DNA of 64,000 bases, taken from NCBI GenBank assembly GCA_964019425.1, contig OZ025795.1:1364001-1428000 (forward strand), written 5' to 3'. This stretch comes from Flectonema sp. DT1601. Lineage: Eukaryota. Every line of letters starts with the position of its first letter. Positions within the stretch are counted from its first letter, which is position 1. Both the position numbers and the translations under genes were made by a program. The notes beneath the pieces were generated by a model that saw only the letters and a list, made by a program, of their open reading frames with translations, had not been told where the DNA came from and did not search any database. This document shows, piece by piece, positions 18,812 through 29,000 of this stretch.

Positions 18812-21800
18812 GATTTGGTCCAATAACATAAGATCGATACTACAAAATGAAAACTTCTTCCAATTAAATCGATCGTTAAGAGAGCACAAGCCAGAAATTG
18901 TTCTACTACAAGAAACATGGCTCAATTACGGAAAATTTCTAAATATAGATGGTTATATAATAATTCGAAGAGACAGCCTTCTGAAGGTAGGATACCGAGG
19001 TCTGGCCATACTTGTCAGAATGGATATTAAAAATTATGTGACAAAACTCCCCGACATCTCATACGACCAAACTGAGATACTATCTGTAGAATTGCGATCA
19101 ACACCGCCATTAAAAATACACAATGTATATCACCCGCCTAACGTAACGGCAACCACATGGAAGTTACCAACAGAGCCAGGAACACTGGTAGCAGGCGATA
19201 TCAACGGACATCATGAGATCTGGTCAAAAGGAAAGATGAATTCAGCAGGAACAAGCTTCTATAATTGGTCATTAGAAGCTGCCATGGAAGTATTAAACGA
19301 GCCCCAGCAGATAACGAGACCATTGAGCTCATCCTCCCCAGATATTATTGCTCTGGATAATTCAATGATGGCAAACATAGGACTGCTAAATGGATGGAGT
19401 AGCGACCATCTTCCAATAAGTGTAAAGATTGAAAACATACACTTGACGAAAACCAAACCACAATCGAACGAGATGTGGCAATGGAAATGGAAGTGTGCAA
19501 AGTGGCATGCATACTCGGAGGTTTTAACGACGGCGGCAACGAAGTTAAAGAATATTGAAACAGTGCAAAAACTTGCAACAAGGATCTCTGTAGAAATTCT
19601 GAAGGCTGCGAAACAAACCATACCGGGCTATAAGAAAAGGACGCAAACCACCTTCTCAGTGAGGGATCCAGAAATAGAAAGACTGCTTGATGAACCCAAC
19701 CAGGACAAAGTTGACAAGGATGCCATTGCGGAAGGCATCAGAAAAATTAAAAGAAACATCATCGAATGTGACATGACTGGGATGGACTACCAATGGGCTT
19801 TCAGAAAAGTAAAGCAACTTGAAGGGGGCATTGTTGATAATAACATTAGCGAATTAGAACATGAAGGCAGTACAACAACTGATCCAAAAGAAATGGCAGA
19901 CATATTTACCACGGCATACGCGACACAATTCAATCTGGTAGACGACGAAGTGCCCTCCTTGGTATTTGAGAACAAACCAGGGGACGAAGGCAATGAAGAA
20001 TTCACAATGAGAGAACTAAAGCGACAGCTCAAGAAATTAAAAGACAAGAAAGCACCTGGACCGGATGGGGTGTGGAACACTATGTTAAAGAAACTCCCAG
20101 AAACATTTATGGTGCAACTCTTACGGCTGTTCAACATGACTTGGGAAAAGTCGGCGGTTCCGAGATCTTGGAAGTATGGGATAGTAGTTCCAATCTTAAA
20201 ATCGGGAAAGGACAAGAAACGTGTACTCTCTTACCGACCAATAACATTAACGTCAGCAATAAGCAAGTTGTTTGAGAAGATGATGGCAGAAAGGATGCAT
20301 CATTTACTTGGGGACAGGATGAGTGCGCGGCAAGCCGCATATAAAAGAGGGCGCAGTGCCGTAGAAAATCTCTGCATGATAACAGAGAGACTACTAGATG
20401 GAAGGTACCGAGGTAGGGAATCGATGTTAATGACGTTTGACCTGCAGAAGGCATTCGATGCCGTCCAACCGAAAATTCTACTGAAGAGGATGTCTGAAGT
20501 TGGGATACCGGCGAAATACACAAGATGGGTCCAGAGCTATTTGACTGGGAGAAAGATCACAACCAGAGTAAACGGCGAAAAGGGAACATTCAAACACATA
20601 CAAGTCGGAGTACCCCAAGGAAGTGTCCTAGGACCACAGCTATTCTCGATATACATCGAAAGCCTTATACGAGAATTGAATAGGTATAAACCAGCAGTCT
20701 TTGCAGATGATGTTGGGCTCGTGATGACATCTCCAGATGTTAAAGGACTGGAGGACAAAGCTAACACAGCAGTACGCATCTTCTCAAATTGGGCCGCAGC
20801 ATCCCACATTTGTATAAACAAGAGCCCGGGTAAAACAGAGTTCATACATGTGAGGCCGGATACCGATAGCCAAGAAAATAAGTCTCCACAAGTGCTATAC
20901 CCGGAGGGGCACACCTTCAAATATGTCGTCACAACAGCAGAGGCCATCCGAAAAATGCTAAATAATCAGGACTCAACTACTATAGGCAATTCTAAAAAGG
21001 CGATAACACATTTCTATGTGGTTCCGCAGCATAAAATAAAACGAAAATTACCGACGACAGAAACTGTATTGGTAGACATGCAGATGGAACCTAGTAAATG
21101 CTCACAACTGCAAAAGGTTCGCACCAGAGGAGACATCCTGAGGATGCTGCAAGGAACTGGATCTGGTCTCAAGGCTTTTGCATTTTCGGTGGTGGACAAA
21201 CTACATGAAACGGATGTAGTAAGATACTTGGGAGTTCTGTACGACAAAAACCTCGACTTCAAAACTCACATGCGAAAGATGATGACGGCAGCCTCCAGAG
21301 GACTGGGGCTCCTGCTAAGACTCTCCAGGATGGGATGCAGGAAGAGAACCCTCATCTGTGTTCTGGTGACCGTTGTAATGGCGAGAGTGCTCTATGGGGT
21401 TGAAAGTTTTGCCTGGCTGCTGCCAAAGAGAGGTGACGTCAGTCTTGAGAGGCTAAACATCTTAATAAACAGAGCCGCTAGACAGGTAACGGGATGTCTG
21501 CCAAGCACCAGGCTGAGGAACTTGTACCATGAAGCAGATATGCCGAAATTACAAGAACACATACGCTACAAGATGTGTAGGGCCTATGAAGAATTCAAAT
21601 TAAGTCCCCACCTACCAGCTTGTAGCCTCACAATGACGGAGGGAGGCCTAAACTACCCACCAAAAACAGCTTGGGGTCGCATAGTTTGGGATGAATATGT
21701 GTCGGGGATCCCGGGACTCGACAAACACAGAAGCTCGTATCACTCGGAAATCAATCCAAAGCACTATAAGATGCGATCATGGAAGGTAACTAATGCAATG

Positions 21801-22769
21801 GAATTCAACTACTGTTTTGGAAAAGAAGAGGCAAAAGACAAAGAAGCCGGTCTACCAATTGAAGACGTGAAGGTGTACACAGATGGGTCTATTAGACATA
21901 GGACGAAGACGTACATGACTAAGTCAGGAGCATCTGTGATAATAGTGAAGGGTAAGGAAGTTAGCATGACCGGATTCAGAATACCTGTAGCAGGAAGCTC
22001 CTACAGAACTGAACAGATAGCCGTGGAACAAGCGATGAGAATACTCCTGAAAAACAAAAAGGCATCCGAAGGAATACTTCCCACAACAAAGACGCATATT
22101 CTAACTGACTCAATGTCGCTAATACAGGCACTTGAGCGAGGACCTGAAGAACAGAAATCTGCTACAAACGCATCAATCTGGAAGTTAGCACTGAAACTGG
22201 AACACAGAGGTGTTAATATTAACATGCAGTATGTCCCAGCACATATGGATGTGCTGTATAATGAAATAGCAGACAAGGTGGCAAAACACGCTGCAGGTAC
22301 GATAAAGAAACCTCCAGATGACAGTGTGGTACTCGAGAGTTTAGTTACTAGACTGGATATGGGAACCCTTATGACTTTTCACAAGAGAAGAAAACGAGAG
22401 GAGTGGATTGGAGCCGGCGAACAGAGGCATCCACCTTTTGTAGAAGAACTGACGAGACCACAAGAAGTCCTAATGTCCCGCTTCAGAGTTGGACACTGTA
22501 GATCTCTTAAACTAAAAGGAATAAACGAACAGTGCATCTTCTGTCATGGAGATACTGCAACACCGCATCATGTGCTTTTCAAGTGCAACCACTGGTGTAT
22601 CCAAAAGATGAGATCATTGTACATACACAGCATGATTAATACCGAAACTGGTGAAGTAGTGAGTAAAGTAGAGGACTGCTTCTTAAAGGAGAATCAACGC
22701 AACATGTCCAACTTTGTAGTGGTACTGGACCAAATAGCTGAAATGCTCGGAAGACCTGGAAATCCATAA
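18804..22769 (+). CDS. Retrotransposon 2 ORF2: AP endonuclease, reverse transcriptase, RNase H, CCHC zinc finger
   Basis: Motifs LQET, GDING, SDH; KAPGPDG, YRPITL, DLQKAFD, GVPQGSVLGP, FADD, YLGV; YTDGS, TDS, NEIAD; CIFC...HVLFKC. Confidence 0.95.
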   Translation: MIEIWSNNIRSILQNENFFQLNRSLREHKPEIVLLQETWLNYGKFLNIDGYIIIRRDSLLKVGYRGLAILVRMDIKNYVTKLPDISYDQTEILSVELRSTPPLKIHNVYHPPNVTATTWKLPTEPGTLVAGDINGHHEIWSKGKMNSAGTSFYNWSLEAAMEVLNEPQQITRPLSSSSPDIIALDNSMMANIGLLNGWSSDHLPISVKIENIHLTKTKPQSNEMWQWKWKCAKWHAYSEVLTTAATKLKNIETVQKLATRISVEILKAAKQTIPGYKKRTQTTFSVRDPEIERLLDEPNQDKVDKDAIAEGIRKIKRNIIECDMTGMDYQWAFRKVKQLEGGIVDNNISELEHEGSTTTDPKEMADIFTTAYATQFNLVDDEVPSLVFENKPGDEGNEEFTMRELKRQLKKLKDKKAPGPDGVWNTMLKKLPETFMVQLLRLFNMTWEKSAVPRSWKYGIVVPILKSGKDKKRVLSYRPITLTSAISKLFEKMMAERMHHLLGDRMSARQAAYKRGRSAVENLCMITERLLDGRYRGRESMLMTFDLQKAFDAVQPKILLKRMSEVGIPAKYTRWVQSYLTGRKITTRVNGEKGTFKHIQVGVPQGSVLGPQLFSIYIESLIRELNRYKPAVFADDVGLVMTSPDVKGLEDKANTAVRIFSNWAAASHICINKSPGKTEFIHVRPDTDSQENKSPQVLYPEGHTFKYVVTTAEAIRKMLNNQDSTTIGNSKKAITHFYVVPQHKIKRKLPTTETVLVDMQMEPSKCSQLQKVRTRGDILRMLQGTGSGLKAFAFSVVDKLHETDVVRYLGVLYDKNLDFKTHMRKMMTAASRGLGLLLRLSRMGCRKRTLICVLVTVVMARVLYGVESFAWLLPKRGDVSLERLNILINRAARQVTGCLPSTRLRNLYHEADMPKLQEHIRYKMCRAYEEFKLSPHLPACSLTMTEGGLNYPPKTAWGRIVWDEYVSGIPGLDKHRSSYHSEINPKHYKMRSWKVTNAMEFNYCFGKEEAKDKEAGLPIEDVKVYTDGSIRHRTKTYMTKSGASVIIVKGKEVSMTGFRIPVAGSSYRTEQIAVEQAMRILLKNKKASEGILPTTKTHILTDSMSLIQALERGPEEQKSATNASIWKLALKLEHRGVNINMQYVPAHMDVLYNEIADKVAKHAAGTIKKPPDDSVVLESLVTRLDMGTLMTFHKRRKREEWIGAGEQRHPPFVEELTRPQEVLMSRFRVGHCRSLKLKGINEQCIFCHGDTATPHHVLFKCNHWCIQKMRSLYIHSMINTETGEVVSKVEDCFLKENQRNMSNFVVVLDQIAEMLGRPGNP

Positions 22770-23130
22770 TTTAAAGATGCGGTTCTTAGACCAAATGAGG
22801 AAGTAAACTGAACTCTTTAGTAATTGATAAAGAAAGAAAACAAAGAAGATACGAAGCCTACGGGAACCCCCCATCCCATCCCCAATCCCCACAAAAAGAA
22901 AGTGTACAGAAGAAAGAAAGAACAACCGCGCCTAACAGCGCAAACAGCAAAGCAGGTCGAAGGAACCTGCTGTGCACACAAAAAAAAAAAAAAAAAAAAA
23001 AAAAATGTTCATATCTATAAATATTTCCCCCCTCAAGATTTCTGTGTACCAATGTTCACATAAGAATCTCAGGAGCTCAAGCCCCAGACGGAGTTTTTTA
23101 GTTGGATGGCCTTGGAGAAAAAAAAAACCC

Positions 23131-23280
23131 CATGACCAATTACATATGACATATCTTCGCACTGTGGTCTTAAAAGATACGAAAGAGCTGACAGCTTGCA
23201 GCGAATGCAATAAATCAGATACAGTAAAACAGCTATTATAAATGAAGTTTCACTTGACGAGGAGAGGACGGAATCATTGT
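23131..23280 (+). pseudogene. Probable decayed 3' fragment of a third non-LTR retrotransposon ORF2
   Basis: Translates QLHMTYLRT...CSECNKSDTVKQLL*, paralleling ISQLRIG...CPRCREKDSVEHLL of element 1. Confidence 0.5.
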
Positions 23281-23548
23281 AATATCTCAGGTACGAATGA
23301 GGAAAGCCTGCTTCACTACCGAGCAACAAACTTGTTGGAATTGAGTGGCGGAAAGAGAAGGAATCCTATCGGAAGAAGACATAAGTGAACTCACCTTAAG
23401 TTTTGGGAGAATGTGGTATTTGATAAACCTTCTGGACAAAACGAAGCATTGTCGGCTGTGCGCTATCTTTATTAACAGTCAGTAGTTAATGTTAGTATTT
23501 CTTTCTCTAAACAGCTATAACAAGTACAATAAAAGTGGATCCACTATA

Positions 23549-24844
23549 ATGCCATTCTTCATAGCGCCACTACTATACTGGAGTGGAGGGGCAGCAGCAG
23601 CTTACATTGCAGGACGTAGGATGTTGACAGACGAAAGGGAGTTAGACCGCTACGGGTGCTACATGGGAGTTTCTTACACTGAGCTAATGAACCACTTGGG
23701 AGAAGAGAGAGAAGTATTGGAGTACAAAGAATGGGTGACTGAGTTGAGAATTATGAGACCAGAAGGATGGCAGATGCACATGAACACAGAATTTATCGCA
23801 AGAGGAGGAATACCTCATGACATGCGCAGTGATATCTGGATGCAGCTTAGTGGAGCGACTGACAACCGACTTGAATCAAAGAATTATTCTGAATTTGAAG
23901 AAGCAACTGGGGAGACTCGCGAAGCAATATTAAAAGACATAAACAGAACACTACCAAAATCATGTATGTTCTGTACTGCTGGAGGTGATGGCCAGCAACA
24001 GTTATTTAACGTCTTGTCTAGATTTTGTAATAAATACAAACACGGATACACACAAGGGATGAACATGTTAGTTGGATTTATGTTGTTAGCTGATTGTAGT
24101 GAAGAGCAGTCATTCTGGCTATTGAATTCAATAGTAACCAATAAGAAATATTCACATAACTACTACACTGATTGTCGACAAACTGCTGGTCTCCAACAAT
24201 GCAAAGATGATCTGTGCATGTTTGAGCGCCTACTAAATCATCATGTTCCAAAACTTCTACAGCTATTTCAGGGAAGTACAATGTCACCTTCTTTCATTCT
24301 ATGCTTACAATGGGTTCTTTGTATATTCGTTGATTGCATCGCCACTGAATATTGTTTAATAATATTTGACTTATACATGTTAGAAGGTCTACCTGTACTG
24401 TATAACATTGCATTGAATCTACTTAAAAGATACGAAGATGATGTAATGACTTTGGATGTGCAAACTGCTGTTCAAAGTATTAGAAGTCGTTTGAGAGAAG
24501 AAACCGACTTAACTGATTTATTGATTAGGTCCGTAGCTGATCCTTGTAGAATAACACTTCAGAGTTTAGATGAGTTAAGAAGGATTTCATTACTTTTTGA
24601 TGAATTATCTGAACAAGTTGATAATTGTTTTATTGATCTTTGTGAGACCCAGTCATGTCAATTTGAGCACTTGTTACTCGATTGTAAGGTCAAACTTCCA
24701 AACACACCTTCACTAAAATCTATTCCTTCTTCTTCACTTTTATCAACACCTCCGTTTGATGCAATTTCTACACACGATTTGACAGATCTTTGTGATGCTG
24801 GTTTCGATAGATCGGTTCTCGCTATACCGAGTGATGTGGCATAA
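23549..24844 (+). CDS. TBC-domain Rab GTPase-activating protein
   Basis: GGIPHDMRSDIW, IxxDxxR finger (ILKDINRT) and YxQ finger (GYTQGMN); ORF open from 23489, start at MPFF assumed. Confidence 0.9.
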   Translation: MPFFIAPLLYWSGGAAAAYIAGRRMLTDERELDRYGCYMGVSYTELMNHLGEEREVLEYKEWVTELRIMRPEGWQMHMNTEFIARGGIPHDMRSDIWMQLSGATDNRLESKNYSEFEEATGETREAILKDINRTLPKSCMFCTAGGDGQQQLFNVLSRFCNKYKHGYTQGMNMLVGFMLLADCSEEQSFWLLNSIVTNKKYSHNYYTDCRQTAGLQQCKDDLCMFERLLNHHVPKLLQLFQGSTMSPSFILCLQWVLCIFVDCIATEYCLIIFDLYMLEGLPVLYNIALNLLKRYEDDVMTLDVQTAVQSIRSRLREETDLTDLLIRSVADPCRITLQSLDELRRISLLFDELSEQVDNCFIDLCETQSCQFEHLLLDCKVKLPNTPSLKSIPSSSLLSTPPFDAISTHDLTDLCDAGFDRSVLAIPSDVA

Positions 24845-26044
24845 AGATGATTCTTATGACAACAGTTTTGTACTTGTCTGTGTTGTTTATTATATTATCG
24901 TGTTTGCCTTTAGCTCGACTTGAACAGTCGCTGTATCTGTTTTGAATATTCTACACGCGTTTTGACGTTTACAAGGATTGATTAGTTTTGGGGAAAAAAA
25001 CTGAACTAATCTCCACTGCAATTGCATCTTCTATTACTTCATTTTTATAGTTAAGTACTGTTTTTCTTTTTACATTGTCAAACAACTATTACCTCCTCAC
25101 TTCAGTCTTTGATCCGTTTTGTGAATGAAAACCAAGAAATCACTTCCTAATTAAACTGAAATTATCCCCCATTCAGTAGTTTACGCTGTTCGTATTCTTT
25201 CGCAGGTTGATTCTGCGTTTCTGCTTTTCTTTTTTTACATCCATCGGGGTTGTATTCTCTTTAACGATATTCTCTGTGTTTCGTTTTTGTGACTTAAGAC
25301 AACTTACGGTTGAATCATGAATGTGCGTACAACCCCCCGTACTACAATCGAGTATTAACTTAGTTTCGTTTCCCCTTTTTTCCAATCCTTCCTCCTCCCC
25401 GACTAAAAGGCTTGTACGACAAATATAATTACACAAAAACGTTGCGATCGGTAATCCGATGTAGAGGGAGAGAGTTTTCTGCTATAACTACATTTGGATC
25501 TGATTGCGTTCAAAAAGCAAAGCTTTACACAATGTTGGTGACGATCTCTCGTTCAGTTTCTTATTCGTTTTTGCGACGCGTCTCTGTCCCTACCCCATCT
25601 TCTCCCGCACGTAAGATCCGTCATTTCCTTTTTATTTTTTTATTTTTTTTCGAAAACTTCGGTATTTACACATTAGGGTGGGGGAGGGGAGTGTTCTGTC
25701 TTATTCTTTTTTGTTGTTGTTGTTTGCGAAATTTCCGAATAAAATAAATAAATAGGTCGTTTCTGCAGCCACTGCTGCAGGGAATGAATTTCTTCAATAT
25801 TTTATTGTAGCGACTAAACAAGGCATCTACACCCTTATCAGTTGGGGACCCTCTGGGAAGTTCCACATCTTTCACTCCATTGTTGTCTGCGAGTAGTCAA
25901 AATATATTAAGCACAATTAATTATCTCTTTTCTATCAGCAGCTCAAGAATGATATTTATTATTTCATTGATTAGTTTTGATGTGTTTTAGTTGTTGATAT
26001 TTATGTTTTGTCACATTCTCAGAGATGCTGCGCTACTCATCAGA

Positions 26045-29000
26045 ATGATGGCCTCCAGACGTGTTTCGTCGAGGAGGAGAGAAAATGGAGGCGCAGTTCC
26101 TCCTCGAAGAGCCTCTAGAGAGAGATTCCCAAACACTGCTGATACTAACACAAAGAAGGAGGCCGTGTATGTCTGTCCAAGATTTGCTCCTCAGCGAGAC
26201 AGTGGTCCAATGCTGGATTTTGAAACAAGTGAAGGGGGTGAATTTGTATTAAATCATCACACTGAAACACAAGATGGAAAACAAGACATCGAACGCCGTG
26301 TTCACAAGTTTGCCCACGTCTTCGACACTGACGCAACCGAAGAAATGGTGTTCCACAAACTTTGGTTACAGGCAAGGGAAAAAATCGCCGATGGACACAA
26401 TGCCACCGTCTTATGCTACGGACAAACTGGCAGTGGAAAGACCCACACGGTGAAATTCCTTCTTCCAAGACTAACAGAAGCATGTTTTTCTTGGATGAAA
26501 AGACAATCAGGTGACCCAAACACATCATTCAGAGTAGAAGTATCCTACATACAAATATACATGGACTCTGTGTATGATCTATTAGCAGGATCGAAGGATG
26601 CTAAATTAGGTGAGATATTAGGACACAAGAATAAGACGATGGATGCTTTACCAAAAGGTTTTGTCCCAGTTCAGAATGCTGAAGAAGTTTTTCAGAAAGT
26701 TCGAACTGGTAATAAATGGAGAGCTACTAATGCACATGCCCTTAATGAGAGATCATCAAGGAGTCATACATTATTCTTTTTAACAATGTCAAAAGATCAT
26801 GAGCACTGTATGACAAGTACTCAATCTACTCTATTAGTTGTTGACTTAGCAGGTTCAGAACGAGTTCATAAAACAAAATCAACTGGAGAAAGATTTGAAG
26901 AAGGACGTGCTATTAACAAAGCTCTCACAACTTTAGGAAGAGTTATGGAAGGATTGTCAAAAAATGATCGCTCTATACCATTTCGAGAAAATGTACTCAC
27001 AATGTACCTTAAGGAAACTCTTACCAATTCATTCTTCGCCTTAATCTGCTGCTGTTCCAGCGATGGTCGAGATTCCGACGAGACTCGCTGCACATTAAAG
27101 TTTGGTTGCGTTGCAAAACAAGTTCAAATAACGAGAAAAACAAACGAACTGCTCAAAGCTCGCATACAGGCGAAGGAAAGAAAAGCTGCCTTCGATCAAA
27201 CGATAACAAACATGAGCGAACAACATGAACATGAAAAGAAATATTTACAAGGGAAATATGACGAACTAAACAACGAGGTAAGGTCTAATGCCAAAGCGAG
27301 AAAGCAAATGGAAGCAACTCTTCAATACACTGCAGCTGAACGTAAAGAATTGATTACGAGTTTACATACGTTGGAACAGGACTCGTCTTACTTACAATCA
27401 CTCGTATCAAAGTTACAACAAGAATCAAAACGAAAAGATGATATTTTAAAACAATTATCAACAGAAGTATCTCAAAAAGATGAAACTCACAACTGTCAAG
27501 TTCAAACCCTTCACGACACTCAAAATAATCTTCGCAACCAACTTTCAGAAGCATCGTCAAAAGTGAGAGAAGCAGACTTCCTTCGACAAAGCAACGCCGG
27601 ATTACTTTCACAATTAGAACTCGCTAATGATTCCACAGATAATTTAAAACAAGACATTATGATGTTAGAAAGTGAGTTGACTGATGCACAACAACATAAT
27701 GAAGAAGATCAAAGAAGGAGAGAACTTTTAAAAAATAGTATCTCAGCACTGGAAGTTGAGCTGACTGACAAGGATCAAGAAACTGAACATCTCAAAATGA
27801 CAACAACAAATTTACAAAAAGAACTTTGTAGTACCCAACAGCAGTTGGATTCAAAGTATGAAACCATTTCGAAATTAGAAAACTATTTATCACGAAAAGA
27901 AGAGGTTTCTCGTACTCTGCAAGAGACAGTTGCAGACCTGAGCACTCAACTAATTAATAAAGATGACACCCTCTTACACACGGAACAGTTAGTAGCAGAA
28001 GAAAGGAGAACTAAAGAATCTCTCCAAAGTAATATTCGAGAATATGAACAAATCAACGAAGAGTTAGAAATGTCAATTGAGAAACGTGAGAAAAGTATTT
28101 CAGCTTTAGTAGAATCACAGAGACTATTACAACAGAGAGCTGTTCAACTCCAGTCTTCGGTACAAGACAGAAATATAATTGAGAAAGAACTCATTTCTTT
28201 GAGACACAAACACTCACAAGTTTCCGAACAAATTCAAGAACAACGTTCCCACTACGAAACCAGCACCAGATCTCTGGAACGACACATCGAATCGATGGAA
28301 CAAATGCAGCAACAACTTCAAAAAAATCTCAATGACTCGGAATTGAACCGAGAAGAAGAAGTTTCACAACTAACGACGGCGTACCATGATATATCGATGT
28401 TAGTAAAGAAAGAAAAGGAAAGGTTTCAAGAAGAGAAAATAAACCTTCGAGGTCACATATCATCTCTTGAGCACACTCAATCATCTCTTGAAGAAACAGT
28501 CGCAAAGTTAGAAAGGGATAATATATCAACCAGAAAGGAAGGACGTTTACTACAAGAAAAACTACACGAAATTAAGGAACTAAAAAAGAAGGGAGAAAAC
28601 CAATACAAAGAAGACACTCTCTACTTAGAAAGCATCATTGATAAGTTAGAAAAAGATCAGCTAAATACAAAGTTAAAACTGATTTCTATGAAGGAAGAGG
28701 AATCAACAAAACATGCGATGGATGTTGACCGACACAAAACAGATATAAACAACTTAGAAAGGGATACTGCTCGTCTACAAGCTGAGTTTGAAGAGACGAA
28801 GATTGCGAAGGAAAGAATTATCGAACAACACCAAACTGATCAACAGAAATACTTTCGAGATATTAATTCTTTAGAATCACAAGTTGGTGAGTTACACAGA
28901 GCTTGCGACTCAGCTCAAAGACAAACAGCTGACAATCAGAAACAATACGACAGAGACACTGCTGTTCTTCGTTCATTTATATCTAAACTCGAACGTGAAA

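Larger units (their letters stand above)
16989..23005 (+). mobile_element. Non-LTR retrotransposon 2 (RNase H-containing), apparently full length; 5' boundary approximate
   Basis: ORF1 plus APE-RT-RNase H-CCHC ORF2, 3' stem-loop at 22951-22971 and A26 at 22980-23005. Confidence 0.9.

Noticed and set aside
11098..23030. Target-site duplications flanking the retrotransposons
   Set aside because: No convincing direct repeat was found by eye at either element's ends. A-runs are ubiquitous in this genome, so boundaries stay approximate.
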